A stretch of DNA of 64,000 bases from Sphingobacteriaceae bacterium (GCA_029266635.1 JAQSWM010000012.1:22324-86323), one strand, 5' to 3'. Positions 44,176 through 54,720 are shown, counted from the stretch's first letter. Numbers and translations are program-made. The notes: generated by a model from the letters alone, not told the origin.

Positions 44176-44830
44176 TTGTGCTCTTTAATACTTCTTTCTT
44201 ATCACGTGAGACGATCCTTCTAAAATATGTCCAGATGAGTGGAACTGTGGTGAAAGCCACAAATCCGAGGATGATGTAAAGAAGGTAGTCGTCGATCTCT
44301 TTTTCAAATCTCTTACCCAAAGAAAATCCAAGCAAAGTTAAGGATGTAATCCACAGAATAGCCCCGACTATATTGTAAAAAGCAAATTTCCTGATATCCA
44401 GTTCAACGATGCCGGCTAAAATTGGAGCAAACGTTCTCACCAATGGAATAAACCTGCCCATGATGAGCGCAAATGCTCCCTGCTTTTTGTAGTACTTTTC
44501 CGCTGCACGAAGAAAGCGCTGCTTAAAGAAGAAGGAGTCCTTCCGCTGATACAACACAGGACCGGTGCGGCGGCCAAACCAGTAGCCAACAAAATTTCCT
44601 AAAACGGCTGCTGCAATGAGGCCAAGGATCATAACCACAATAGAAACATCCAGCTTGCCCGTGGCCACAAACATCCCCGCAAGGAAAAGAAGATAATCTC
44701 CCGGCAGGAAAAAGCCAAAGAAGAGGCCTGTCTCGGCAAAAATTACAAATAGCAGGACGTAGAAACCTCCTGTTTTTAGTAATTGCTCGGGGTCTATAAA
44801 CTGATGGAGCTGCCTCCAGATCTCTTGCAT
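44162..44830 (-). CDS. DedA/VTT-domain membrane protein
   Basis: GLFFGFFLPGDYLLFLAGMF and RFIPLVRTFAPILAG are DedA signatures. Confidence 0.85.
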   Translation of the reverse strand: MQEIWRQLHQFIDPEQLLKTGGFYVLLFVIFAETGLFFGFFLPGDYLLFLAGMFVATGKLDVSIVVMILGLIAAAVLGNFVGYWFGRRTGPVLYQRKDSFFFKQRFLRAAEKYYKKQGAFALIMGRFIPLVRTFAPILAGIVELDIRKFAFYNIVGAILWITSLTLLGFSLGKRFEKEIDDYLLYIILGFVAFTTVPLIWTYFRRIVSRDKKEVLKSTIENE

Positions 44831-44883
44831 AAGATGAATATGCGTAAAACTACGAATATTTTTTGCCTAAATCTTACGGATTC

Positions 44884-46272
44884 TTAGAACATGGTTGGTA
44901 CTACGGCTGGATAAAGCCCAATGATAATGGTGGCGAGCAGAGATAAAGCTAACACGATCTTAAAGTTTCCAGGCACCAGCACTTCTGATTGCTGGCCTTC
45001 TTTAAAATACATTGCTATTATAACTTTGAAATAGTAGTACACACCAACGGCAGCATTTATAACGGCAAGCACTACCAGCCAGAAATGCTGATCTGCAATC
45101 ACATTGCTGAACAAGATGAATTTGCCCATGAAGCCCGCCGTGAGGGGAATACCAGCGAAGGAAAGCATAGCCACGCTCAGCGTAAAAGCAAGAAAAGGGC
45201 TCTTTCTACCAAGTCCGTTGAAGCTGTCGAATGATTCTGAGCCGGTTTGGCTTTGCAGAAGAATAAGCGCTGCAAAGCTGATCACAGATGCTGCAGAATA
45301 GGCAATAGCATAAATGAACACGCCATAGCTTGCATCATTCCCTATCGCTACGATTGCAAAAAGCATATAACCCGCATGCGATATGCTGGAGTAAGCCAGC
45401 ATTCTCTTGAAGCTGGTTTGATATAAAGCTGTAATGTTGCCGACAAACAAAGTCAAAATAGTGATGACTAGCAGCACCGGCATCCAGGTATCTTGTAATG
45501 GCTCAAAGCAAGTAGAGAACAACCGCAGGAACGCCGCGAAGCCAGCAATTTTCACCACTGTACTCATAAAAGCTGTTATCAGCGATGGCGAACCTTCGTA
45601 CACATCCGGTACCCAAAAATGGAAAGGCGCTACTCCAACCTTAAAGCACAGCCCCACTGTTATCATAAATAATCCGCTGTAGAACATCGGCGATACGGAG
45701 CGGTGGGCATTAACAACGGCTTTTATACTTTGCCCAATTGAATCCAGGTCAAAAGAGCCCGAAGCACCATATAACAGCGCAACGCCAAATAATAAAAACC
45801 CTGTTGAAAATGCACCCATCAGGAAGTACTTCAAAGCCGCTTCATTTGAAGCGAAGTCATTTCGTTTTATACCCGCTAAAATGTAGAGGCTAACCGACAT
45901 AATCTCTACGCCAATAAAAAGCATGGTAAGGTTGTGATAGGAAACCATCACAATTATTCCTGCCAGTGAAAAAAGCACAATGCTGTAATACTCCGCAATA
46001 TTCTCGCTTATGCGTTCAAAATAACCTTTTGAAAGAAGCAGGATGAGCAGCGTAGTGGCAATAGAAATTGACGAAAACACAACCGCGAAGTTGTCGAACA
46101 CCATCATTCCATTATAGATGGGAGCTGACCCTTTTCCCCACTCGGCCACAGCAAAGCCAAATGCTGCCAATAAACCAATTATCGTAACAGGCAGAAGCGC
46201 TTTTTGAGCCTTGTACAAGCCCAGGTAAAGAACTATTATGGCCAAAACTGATATGGTTATTAATGAGTTCAT
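44884..46272 (-). CDS. nuoN: NADH-quinone oxidoreductase subunit N
   Basis: 462-aa polytopic antiporter-like subunit. It is the last gene of the nuoA-N series. Confidence 0.9.
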   Translation of the reverse strand: MNSLITISVLAIIVLYLGLYKAQKALLPVTIIGLLAAFGFAVAEWGKGSAPIYNGMMVFDNFAVVFSSISIATTLLILLLSKGYFERISENIAEYYSIVLFSLAGIIVMVSYHNLTMLFIGVEIMSVSLYILAGIKRNDFASNEAALKYFLMGAFSTGFLLFGVALLYGASGSFDLDSIGQSIKAVVNAHRSVSPMFYSGLFMITVGLCFKVGVAPFHFWVPDVYEGSPSLITAFMSTVVKIAGFAAFLRLFSTCFEPLQDTWMPVLLVITILTLFVGNITALYQTSFKRMLAYSSISHAGYMLFAIVAIGNDASYGVFIYAIAYSAASVISFAALILLQSQTGSESFDSFNGLGRKSPFLAFTLSVAMLSFAGIPLTAGFMGKFILFSNVIADQHFWLVVLAVINAAVGVYYYFKVIIAMYFKEGQQSEVLVPGNFKIVLALSLLATIIIGLYPAVVPTMF

Positions 46273-46296
46273 CGTATATTTTGGTCTTGATACAGC

Positions 46297-47814
46297 TTAA
46301 TAGGTGAAACCGATGGTTTGAATTTTATTCTGTACTACTTCTATCAGATTTTTAACAGAAGCTTCCGAAAGGTGAAGTACAGGATTAGGGAAAATGCCAA
46401 TCGCGATGACAAAAAAGCAAATAATGCCAATCACCAGATATTCAACTCCGGTTATATCAGTAAAGATAAGCGTGTTCCCTTCCCGCGAGCCAAGCATCAC
46501 CTTTTGATACATCCTTAACATGTAAACTGCGCCAAATATCACGCTAAGCCCGGCAATCGCTACCGTATAAACATTGTACGTGCTCGAAATTCCCAGAAGT
46601 AGCAGGAACTCTCCCACAAATCCATTTGTTAGCGGAAGCGCTACAGAACCAAGCAGGATTATCAAAAACCCGATTGCAAATTTCGGTGCAGTCTTCGCTA
46701 TACCACCCATATTGTTGATGTCGCGATGGTTGAGTCGGCGAATAATGATATCTGCAATAAAGAACAGTCCGACCGCATCGAGGCCGTGATTAAGCATTTG
46801 CAGCATTGCTCCTTGTAACGACTGAACGTTCCATGCGAAAATACCGGCGGCAATTAGCCCAACGTGGGCAATTGACGAATATGCAATCAGCCGCTTAACA
46901 TCTCTTTGAGTGAAGGCGATAATCGATGCATATACAATCCCGATTATGGACAGGATCACTACAGTATCGCCCCAGCGAACAAAACCCAATGGAGCCACAG
47001 GAACAAGCCAGCGAATTGCACCATATATACCCATTTTCAACATAATGCCCGAAAGCAGCATTGTTCCTGCTGTAGGAGCTTCTGTATAGGTATCGGGCTG
47101 CCAGGTGTGGAAAGGGAAGATTGGGATCTTAATCGCGAATGCCAGGAAGAAAGCGAGGAAAATCCAGCTTTGCTCATAGCCATGCAACTGAAGCTGGTAA
47201 AACGCATCGATGTCAAACGTTTTTTGTGGCGTTTGAGTGTACAGATAGATGATGGCTATCAGCATAATCAAACTTCCGAGCATCGTATAAATAAAGAACT
47301 TAATGGTCACAGGTACCCGGTTCTCTCCGCCCCAAAGACCGCAGATGAAATAAATTGGGATTAAAGCGGCTTCCCATCCCACGTAAAACAAGAAAGCATC
47401 TTTGGCTGTAAAGACCAGCAGCAAACCTGCCTGCATAAATAAAACGAGGCTGTAAAAAGAGCCTGCATTTCGGTAATTGTGCTTAAAGCTGGCTAGTATA
47501 ATCAGCGGGATAAGCCCGTTGGTAAGCAATACAAAAGGAAGGCTGATGCCGTCTATCCCGAGCTTAAAGTTTATGCCCATGGAGTAGATCCAGTTGTAAT
47601 TTACAACAAACTGACTGCTGGCATCGGGAACGAAATTAGCTAATATGTAAACTGCAACAGCTAGTGAAGCAAGGGAGAAAATAAATGCCAAAGTTTTAGG
47701 TAAGCCGTTTCCTGTATCGCTGCTGCTATACTCGTCTTGCCTCTTTGATAACAACAAGGTTAACAAGGAGCCAACTATCGGAATAATTAATAATAAGAGT
47801 GAAGGTAATTCCAT
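46297..47814 (-). CDS. nuoM: NADH-quinone oxidoreductase subunit M
   Basis: 505-aa antiporter-like subunit with FPFHTWQPDTYTEAPTAGTMLLSG. Confidence 0.9.
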   Translation of the reverse strand: MELPSLLLLIIPIVGSLLTLLLSKRQDEYSSSDTGNGLPKTLAFIFSLASLAVAVYILANFVPDASSQFVVNYNWIYSMGINFKLGIDGISLPFVLLTNGLIPLIILASFKHNYRNAGSFYSLVLFMQAGLLLVFTAKDAFLFYVGWEAALIPIYFICGLWGGENRVPVTIKFFIYTMLGSLIMLIAIIYLYTQTPQKTFDIDAFYQLQLHGYEQSWIFLAFFLAFAIKIPIFPFHTWQPDTYTEAPTAGTMLLSGIMLKMGIYGAIRWLVPVAPLGFVRWGDTVVILSIIGIVYASIIAFTQRDVKRLIAYSSIAHVGLIAAGIFAWNVQSLQGAMLQMLNHGLDAVGLFFIADIIIRRLNHRDINNMGGIAKTAPKFAIGFLIILLGSVALPLTNGFVGEFLLLLGISSTYNVYTVAIAGLSVIFGAVYMLRMYQKVMLGSREGNTLIFTDITGVEYLVIGIICFFVIAIGIFPNPVLHLSEASVKNLIEVVQNKIQTIGFTY

Positions 47815-47835
47815 CTATTTTATTGTAGTGCCTGC

Positions 47836-49749
47836 TTAACTATGTACTTTGAAAAAACCGTAAACAAGCATGGCAATAATGCCGATAACCATCATGAAGA
47901 TATAAAAGCCAGTATTTCCGCTTTGCAAAAGGCGTAAACCTCTGCTCGCTTCAGTTGCACTCCGGCCAAAGCCATTCACAATACCGTCTATCCCGGCTTT
48001 GTCAACTACTTTAAAGAAGAATTGGGACATAATATCAAGCGGGCGACGGATTACGGCGTCGTAAATCTCATCGATATAGTATTTATGATATGAGAGATTT
48101 TCAAGAGCATTGCGATTGCCCGAATCAGGCTGTGGAACGTATTGATTTTTCGCATATCGAAAATAAGCCACCATAGCAGCAATCACAGCTCCTGCAACAG
48201 AAACTCCCATCAGCATATATTCAGTTGAGTGGTCAAGTGCCGAAGCCTCGCCCTCCCCTGAGTCCCCGAACACCGGCGAAAGAAAACCTTGCAACCAATG
48301 ATGCTCGCCAAACACTTCCGGCACACCGATAAACCCACCCACAGCCGAAAGAACAGCGAGGATAATCAATGGAATGGTCATAGAAGCTGGCGATTCATGC
48401 AAATGATGCTTCTGCTCTTCTGTTCCGCGAAAGCCTCCTGAAAAAGTCAGGAACAACATGCGGAACATGTAAAAAGCAGTAAACATAGCGGTAAGAACAC
48501 CTACCGCCCAAAGAATCTTGTTGTGCTCGTAGGCATGAGCGAGGATTTCATCTTTGGAAAAGAAGCCGGAGAACGGTGGAATTCCCGAAATAGCGATAGT
48601 ACCAATCAGCATTGTTATAAATGTGATCGGCAATTTCTTGCGAAGCCCGCCCATAAGCCGCATATCCTGCTCATTGCTCATTCCATGGATGACAGAACCT
48701 GCGCCAAGGAATAACAGAGCTTTGAAGAAGGCGTGGGTGATGACATGGAAAAATCCCCCGGTGAAAGCGCCAACTCCCAGGCCGAGGAACATGTATCCGA
48801 GTTGGGATACGGTTGAATAAGCTAACACCTTTTTGATGTCGGTTTGCGTGATGGCGATTGTAGCAGCCATGAAAGCTGTAGCGAGGCCGATGATGGCGAC
48901 AATATCAAGTGTGTATGGCGCCAGGCTAAACAGTACGTTTGAGCGGCAGATCATGTAAATACCCGCTGTAACCATGGTAGCAGCGTGAATAAGTGCAGAG
49001 ACTGGTGTTGGACCGGCCATTGCGTCAGGAAGCCAGGTAAATAGCGGGATTTGAGCCGATTTACCCGTGGCACCTACAAATAGCAGGATAGTTATCAGCG
49101 TGAGCGTTCCCGCAGCTACTCCAGAACCAGCAACTTTAGGGAAGAGTTCTGAAAACTCTAAGGTTCCAAATGACGAAAACAGAAGAAATACAGCGATCAG
49201 GAAACCAAGATCGCCAATGCGGTTCATTACAAACGCTTTTTTAGCGGCACTTGCGTAGGAAGAATTCGTGAACCAGAATCCGATAAGAAGATAAGAGCAC
49301 AGCCCCACGCCTTCCCAACCAATAAACATCACGATGTAATTGGATCCTAAAACCAGCAGGAGCATGAAGAAAACGAACAGGTTCAGATACGAGAAAAACT
49401 TGTTGAAACCTGCGTCGTGATGCATGTAACCGATGGAATACACATGAATTAGAAATCCAATTCCGGTTATAATCAGCAGCATCAAAGAGCTGAGTGGATC
49501 TATCTGGAAAGAAAATGGAATTGATAATGCCCCTACCTTAATCCAGTTGAATAATGGAACAATGAAAGACTTTGTATCCGACCCATTCAGTTCCAAAAAG
49601 ATGCCCACGCTCAGCGCAAAGGACAGAAAAACGACAGCAGATCCAATAAATCCAACCAGGCCTTTAGATAAGATGTTTCTGCCCAAGCCATTGATCAGGA
49701 ATCCGGCAAGCGGCAGCAAAGGGATCAACCAAACTAAATCTATCATCAA
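47836..49749 (-). CDS. nuoL: NADH-quinone oxidoreductase subunit L
   Basis: 637 aa with WLPDAMAGPTPVSALIHAATMVTAG and the C-terminal lateral-helix extension. Confidence 0.92.
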   Translation of the reverse strand: MMIDLVWLIPLLPLAGFLINGLGRNILSKGLVGFIGSAVVFLSFALSVGIFLELNGSDTKSFIVPLFNWIKVGALSIPFSFQIDPLSSLMLLIITGIGFLIHVYSIGYMHHDAGFNKFFSYLNLFVFFMLLLVLGSNYIVMFIGWEGVGLCSYLLIGFWFTNSSYASAAKKAFVMNRIGDLGFLIAVFLLFSSFGTLEFSELFPKVAGSGVAAGTLTLITILLFVGATGKSAQIPLFTWLPDAMAGPTPVSALIHAATMVTAGIYMICRSNVLFSLAPYTLDIVAIIGLATAFMAATIAITQTDIKKVLAYSTVSQLGYMFLGLGVGAFTGGFFHVITHAFFKALLFLGAGSVIHGMSNEQDMRLMGGLRKKLPITFITMLIGTIAISGIPPFSGFFSKDEILAHAYEHNKILWAVGVLTAMFTAFYMFRMLFLTFSGGFRGTEEQKHHLHESPASMTIPLIILAVLSAVGGFIGVPEVFGEHHWLQGFLSPVFGDSGEGEASALDHSTEYMLMGVSVAGAVIAAMVAYFRYAKNQYVPQPDSGNRNALENLSYHKYYIDEIYDAVIRRPLDIMSQFFFKVVDKAGIDGIVNGFGRSATEASRGLRLLQSGNTGFYIFMMVIGIIAMLVYGFFKVHS

Positions 49750-49799
49750 TTATAATATAGATGCTTCCGTCAACTGCCGGATAGTATAACAAACATTGG

Positions 49800-50129
49800 T
49801 TACCATTTCAACCTGTTCAGCACGTTGATATCTGTGGTTTTGGTATTCCTGTAGATCATCACGATTATCGCCAATCCTACAGCCACCTCGGCAGCAGCCA
49901 GGGCCATAATAAAGAACACGAATATCTGCCCCGAAGCATCGCCGCTGTAAGCTGAAAATGCCGTAAGCAACAAGTTCACTGCATTCAGCATTAATTCTAT
50001 CGACATGAAAATCACGATGGCGTTTCTGCGGGTAAGCACACCAACAACACCGATAGAAAATATCACTGCACTTAGCAGGATATAGTGATTAAGCGGAACG
50101 CCCTGAATAGTTTTTACAATCTCTTCCAT
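49800..50129 (-). CDS. nuoK: NADH-quinone oxidoreductase subunit K
   Basis: 109 aa with three TM helices and [12 protein letters not shown]...[11 protein letters not shown]. Confidence 0.92.
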   Translation of the reverse strand: MEEIVKTIQGVPLNHYILLSAVIFSIGVVGVLTRRNAIVIFMSIELMLNAVNLLLTAFSAYSGDASGQIFVFFIMALAAAEVAVGLAIIVMIYRNTKTTDINVLNRLKW

Positions 50130-50653
50130 TATGAAATTTCTGTCTTTTCGCGTTTGGCCAATAGCACCGCTCCAACCATGGCAGACAGCAGGAGAATTGA
50201 TGAAACTTCAAACGGCAATAGAAAATCGGCGAAAAGTACCTTGCCTAAATATTTTACGGTCCCTAAATCTAAGTTTTGAACCACTTCCTGAGTGGATGGA
50301 TTTCCTTTAGCAGATGTTGAAATCGCTTTTAACGAGCCCGCCAACACTACCAGAAGGCACATTCCTGCAATCACGCCCGCCAGCTTCACCAGCAGTGATT
50401 TTACCGGCTCCGTTTCCTTATTCAGGTTCAACAGCATCAGCACGAACAGGAACAAGACCATAATAGCCCCCATGTATACGATAAAGTTTACGATAGCGAG
50501 GAACTGAGCGTTAAGCAGGATATAGTGAATAGTGAACGTAAAAAACGTGATGATCAGGTATATTACACTGTGAACGGGATTTTTTGCAAAAATCACCATC
50601 AGTGAAAAAAATACAGACAAGAAAGCGATTAAATAGAATACAGATATATTCAT
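50129..50653 (-). CDS. nuoJ: NADH-quinone oxidoreductase subunit J
   Basis: Start taken at [16 protein letters not shown]. The longer ORF-track start at 50833 would overlap nuoI with non-membrane sequence. Confidence 0.85.
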   Translation of the reverse strand: MNISVFYLIAFLSVFFSLMVIFAKNPVHSVIYLIITFFTFTIHYILLNAQFLAIVNFIVYMGAIMVLFLFVLMLLNLNKETEPVKSLLVKLAGVIAGMCLLVVLAGSLKAISTSAKGNPSTQEVVQNLDLGTVKYLGKVLFADFLLPFEVSSILLLSAMVGAVLLAKREKTEIS

Positions 50654-50709
50654 TAACGTGATGTATTTCTTAACCTGCCGTCTTTTAGGCGGGGCAAAGG
50701 TATAATTTT

Positions 50710-51207
50710 TTACGATTGTAGCGGAGCTTCCACTAATTTGTCTTTGCCATAAATGAAGTCTTTTCGCAAGTAATCCGCAGGTACAATCGGACCGTCCAAA
50801 TAGATTGCTTCTTTCGGGCAGGCTTCTTCGCACAAGCCACAGAAAATGCAGCGCAACATGTTAATTTCATATACTGCCGCGTACTTCTCTTCACGATACA
50901 AATGTTCTTCTCCCTTTTTCCGCTCCGCAGAAATCATAGTAATAGCTTCTGCCGGGCAGGACAAGGCGCAAAGGCCACAGGCTGTACACCGCTCTCTGCC
51001 TTGCTCATCACGCTTCAGCGAATGCATTCCCCGCCAGTTCTCAGAAAACTCTCGCTGCACTTCAGGATAGAAGATGGTTTCCTTCTTCTTGAACATGTGC
51101 ATAAAAGTTATAGCCATGCCCTTTAAAATAGCAGGGAGGTACATCCGCTCCATAAAGGTGAGCGGCTTTTGTTCTAAAACTTTTTTTCTATTGCTTAATG
51201 ATTCCAT
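50710..51207 (-). CDS. nuoI: NADH-quinone oxidoreductase subunit I (2x[4Fe-4S] ferredoxin)
   Basis: CTACGLCALSCP and CIFCGLCEEACP motifs. Confidence 0.93.
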   Translation of the reverse strand: MESLSNRKKVLEQKPLTFMERMYLPAILKGMAITFMHMFKKKETIFYPEVQREFSENWRGMHSLKRDEQGRERCTACGLCALSCPAEAITMISAERKKGEEHLYREEKYAAVYEINMLRCIFCGLCEEACPKEAIYLDGPIVPADYLRKDFIYGKDKLVEAPLQS

Positions 51208-51230
51208 TATCTCCTCGTTCCAAAACGATA

Positions 51231-52307
51231 TTAAAATATCGATACAGAGTTCTCTAACGTGTGCTTAGCAGTTATCCAAACTCCTGTTAACACGATGTTG
51301 GCGATTGCCAGCGGTATTAACACCTTCCATCCTAAATTCATCAACTGATCATAGCGAAAACGCGGAATTGTCCAGCGCACCCACATGAAGAAGAATATAA
51401 AGAAGAATATTTTTAACAATAAAACTGCAACCCCAATCAGAGGTCCCCAAAGCGGTCCTAAGGTGGCGTTCACCCAATCCATTCCGGGATAATTATATCC
51501 GCCAAAGTAAAGCGTAGCCATTACCGCCGACGACACAAACATGTTGATGTATTCAGCAAACAGGTAAAATCCAAGCTTCATGGACGAATACTCCGTATGA
51601 TACCCGCCTACCAGCTCAGTTTCGCATTCGGGAAGATCAAATGGTGTTCGGTTCGTCTCCGCAAAAGCGCATACCAGGAAGATCAAAAATCCCAGGGGCT
51701 GCTGGAAAGCATACCAGGTAAACCATCCATTCGCCCAAAAGCCATGTTGTTGTTCAGTAATAGTTCTAAGCGATAATGAGCCCGTAACCATCAAAAAGGC
51801 AATGATAGACAAGCCCATTGCGATCTCGTAGCTGATATTTTGCGATGCTGCACGAATTGCGCCCATCAGCGAGAATTTGTTGTTCGATGCCCAGCCGCCA
51901 ATCATGATTCCGTACACACCGAGCGAAACCACTCCGAAGATGTACAAAATGCCTACATTAATATCAGTAACCTGAAGATCGACCACCCGGTCTCCAATCC
52001 GAATGTTGCTTCCCCAGGGGATAACTGCACTGCCGATACAAGCTGTCAAAATCGCCAAAGAAGGCCCGGCGATAAATAAAAATTTACTGGCTTGCGCCGG
52101 AATAATCTCTTCTTTCAGGAACATCTTTATCCCATCCGCCAGGGGCTGGAAAATACCTCCCCAACCTGCTCTGTTAGGTCCTACCCGGTCTTGTAAATAG
52201 CCTGCCACCTTACGCTCTGCCAAAGTAGAGTACATGGCAACAACGAGGCTTACAGCGAAAATACCCGTGATCAGGATGAACTTCTCTATAACTAGTGATA
52301 ATTCCAT
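51231..52307 (-). CDS. nuoH: NADH-quinone oxidoreductase subunit H
   Basis: ERKVAGYLQDRVGPNR and FAETNRTPFDLPECETELVGGYHTEYS. Confidence 0.95.
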   Translation of the reverse strand: MELSLVIEKFILITGIFAVSLVVAMYSTLAERKVAGYLQDRVGPNRAGWGGIFQPLADGIKMFLKEEIIPAQASKFLFIAGPSLAILTACIGSAVIPWGSNIRIGDRVVDLQVTDINVGILYIFGVVSLGVYGIMIGGWASNNKFSLMGAIRAASQNISYEIAMGLSIIAFLMVTGSLSLRTITEQQHGFWANGWFTWYAFQQPLGFLIFLVCAFAETNRTPFDLPECETELVGGYHTEYSSMKLGFYLFAEYINMFVSSAVMATLYFGGYNYPGMDWVNATLGPLWGPLIGVAVLLLKIFFFIFFFMWVRWTIPRFRYDQLMNLGWKVLIPLAIANIVLTGVWITAKHTLENSVSIF

Positions 52308-53308
52308 TAAAACTTGGTTGCTCTTTCGAATTGTTCTTTATTGGCTTCCTGAAGCTCAAGATTCTTCTTGATAACAGGTAGCGGTTTCATCTCGTAATGA
52401 TTTGCAGAGATAACTGATTGCTGCGAAACATGACGTGGTCCTTCGATGATCCAGTCGGATGTGTTCTTCGTTTCAAAACGGCACGTGTTGCAAATAAATT
52501 CCTGCACTTCGCCGTATTGATCTTTGCGCCCGGTAACCCGAAGCACCTCTTCACCTTTGTACCAGAGGGTTACTTTGCCGCTACATGTCGGGCAATCGCG
52601 GTGAGCCTCAACAGGCTTCGTAAACCAAACACGATTTTTAAACCTGAAAGTTTTGTCAGTTAACGCTCCAACCGGGCACACATCAATCATGTTTCCGGAG
52701 AAATCATTATCGACGGCTTTTTCTATATACGTTGATATCTCTGAAGCATCGCCACGGCCTAAAATCCCGTGCTCTCTACTGTCAGTTAGCTGGTCTGCAA
52801 CAAACACACAACGGTAACATAAAATGCAACGGGTCATGTGCAGTTGGATTTTATCGCCTATATCTATTTTTTCAAACGTGCGGCGTTCAAATTCATAACG
52901 GGTGTCAGCCAGTCCGTGTTCATAGCTCAAATCCTGTAGATGGCATTCACCGGCCTGGTCGCAAATAGGACAATCAAGCGGGTGGTTAATCAATAGCATT
53001 TCAACTACGCCTCTGCGAGCTTCCAGCACCTCAGGTGAAGTGATATTTTGCACCTCCATCCCATCCATCACTCCCGTGCGGCACGATGCTACCAGCTTCG
53101 GCATCGGGCGTGGGTCCTTTTCAGAACCTTTGCTCACCTTCACCAAACAGGTGCGGCATTTGCCACCGCTTCCTTCCAGCTTCGAATAATAGCACATGGC
53201 AGGTGGAACAATTTCCCCTCCTATTTGCCGTGCCGCATTCAGGATAGTTGTTCCCGGTTCTACCTCTACCGTAATTCCGTCTATCGATACTTTTATCTTA
53301 TCGCTCAT
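52307..53308 (-). CDS. nuoG: NADH-quinone oxidoreductase subunit G, short form (Fe-S N-terminal module only)
   Basis: The 2Fe-2S motif CYYSKLEGSGGKCRTCLV, then HPLDCPICDQAGECHLQD, CILCYRCV and CPVGAL. It is only 333 aa and has no molybdopterin-oxidoreductase-like domain. Confidence 0.88.
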   Translation of the reverse strand: MSDKIKVSIDGITVEVEPGTTILNAARQIGGEIVPPAMCYYSKLEGSGGKCRTCLVKVSKGSEKDPRPMPKLVASCRTGVMDGMEVQNITSPEVLEARRGVVEMLLINHPLDCPICDQAGECHLQDLSYEHGLADTRYEFERRTFEKIDIGDKIQLHMTRCILCYRCVFVADQLTDSREHGILGRGDASEISTYIEKAVDNDFSGNMIDVCPVGALTDKTFRFKNRVWFTKPVEAHRDCPTCSGKVTLWYKGEEVLRVTGRKDQYGEVQEFICNTCRFETKNTSDWIIEGPRHVSQQSVISANHYEMKPLPVIKKNLELQEANKEQFERATKF

Positions 53309-53320
53309 TGCTAATAATTG

Positions 53321-53344
53321 CCCTTCGACTACGCTCAGGGTGAC
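53321..53344 (+). repeat. REP-like unit, family 1 (cccTTCGACtacgCTCAGggTGAC), in the nuoG-nuoF spacer
   Basis: CCCT/AGGG stem around a conserved core. The reverse complement translates VTLSVVEG. It is related to the units at 54721-54745 and 7144-7167. Confidence 0.65.
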
Positions 53345-53349
53345 AATAT

Positions 53350-54711
53350 TTATGCTGGCTCGCCCACCGGTGGCAGCGGGTCAGCATAATGTGCTAAACC
53401 ATAATTTCTTTCCATCGCTTCCTGCGGATGGGTAACATGCCATTCAAACTCATCTCTAAAGTGGCGTATAGCGGCGGCAACCGGCCAGGCAGCAGCATCG
53501 CCAAGTGGACAAATGGTATTCCCTTCTATTTTCTTCGATACATCAACCAACAGATCAATATCGCTCAACTTTCCGTGCCCGTATTCCAACCGATGCAGCA
53601 CTTTCTCCATCCAGCCTGTTCCTTCACGGCATGGCGAACATTGCCCGCAACTTTCGTGATGATAAAACCGGCTGAAATTCCAGGTATTCCGGACAATGCA
53701 CTGATCTTCGTCGAAAGCGATAAATCCGCCCGAACCCATCATACTTCCGGTAACAAACCCACCTTCTGATAATGATTCATAGCTCATGAGGCGAGCCTCG
53801 CCTGTTACAGTTTTCAAGAACAAGTTAGCCGGAAGAATTGGGACTGATGATCCGCCCGGAACAACAGCTTTTAAGCGTTTGCCATTGGCGATGCCACCGC
53901 AATACTCATCAGAATAAAGGAATTCCTCTACCGGAACCCCTAGTTCAATTTCGTAAACACCGGGTTTATTGATATTGCCTGATGCAGAAATAAGTTTAGT
54001 TCCTGTGCTTCGCCCGATTCCTATTTTTGCGTATTCCTCGCCACCATCGTTGATGATGGGAACTACAGCAGCAATAGATTCGACGTTATTTACTACCGTC
54101 GGGCAGTTGTAAAGACCAGAGATAGCCGGAAAAGGAGGTTTGATCCTCGGATTTCCGCGTTTGCCTTCAAGCGATTCTATCAGCGCAGTCTCCTCGCCGC
54201 AGATGTAAGCTCCGCCGCCTGGCTGTACATACAATTCTAAATCGTAACCAGTTCCAAGGATATTCTTCCCTAAAAAGCCGGCATTCTTTGCTTCCGCAAT
54301 AGCCTTTTCAAGTATCCTGATCTGTGGCATCATTTCGCCACGTACATAGATGTAGGATGTTTTGGCACCCAATGCAAAGCTGGCAACAATCATCCCCTCA
54401 ATTAATAGATGAGGGATGTAAGTCATCAGGTAGCGGTCCTTAAAAGTGCCGGGCTCAGATTCGTCGGCATTGCAAACCAGATAGCGTGGCTTACCTTCAG
54501 GCTTGGCCAGAAAGCTCCACTTCATCCCGGTAGGAAAGCCTGCGCCTCCCCGTCCGCGAAGGCCGGACTTTTTAACTTCTTCCACTACCTCGTCGGGAGT
54601 TAAGGTTTTTAATGCCTTTTCTACCGCACGGTACCCGCCATTCTGACGATAAACATCAAAAGTATCAATGCCGGGAACGTTTATATGCTCTAGTAATAAT
54701 TTCCTGCTCAT
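53350..54711 (-). CDS. nuoF: NADH-quinone oxidoreductase subunit F
   Basis: GLRGRGGAGFPTGMKW (FMN/NADH site) and ESCGQCSPCREG (N3 cluster). Confidence 0.96.
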   Translation of the reverse strand: MSRKLLLEHINVPGIDTFDVYRQNGGYRAVEKALKTLTPDEVVEEVKKSGLRGRGGAGFPTGMKWSFLAKPEGKPRYLVCNADESEPGTFKDRYLMTYIPHLLIEGMIVASFALGAKTSYIYVRGEMMPQIRILEKAIAEAKNAGFLGKNILGTGYDLELYVQPGGGAYICGEETALIESLEGKRGNPRIKPPFPAISGLYNCPTVVNNVESIAAVVPIINDGGEEYAKIGIGRSTGTKLISASGNINKPGVYEIELGVPVEEFLYSDEYCGGIANGKRLKAVVPGGSSVPILPANLFLKTVTGEARLMSYESLSEGGFVTGSMMGSGGFIAFDEDQCIVRNTWNFSRFYHHESCGQCSPCREGTGWMEKVLHRLEYGHGKLSDIDLLVDVSKKIEGNTICPLGDAAAWPVAAAIRHFRDEFEWHVTHPQEAMERNYGLAHYADPLPPVGEPA

Positions 54712-54720
54712 CTCTTAATT

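Noticed and set aside
50654-50833. N-terminal extension of the nuoJ ORF (start at 50833)
   Set aside because: The extension (MRRSLPERSNLFGRSDCTCG...) is not membrane-like and overlaps the nuoI coding sequence by about 120 nt. [11 protein letters not shown] at 50653 matches NuoJ N-termini.
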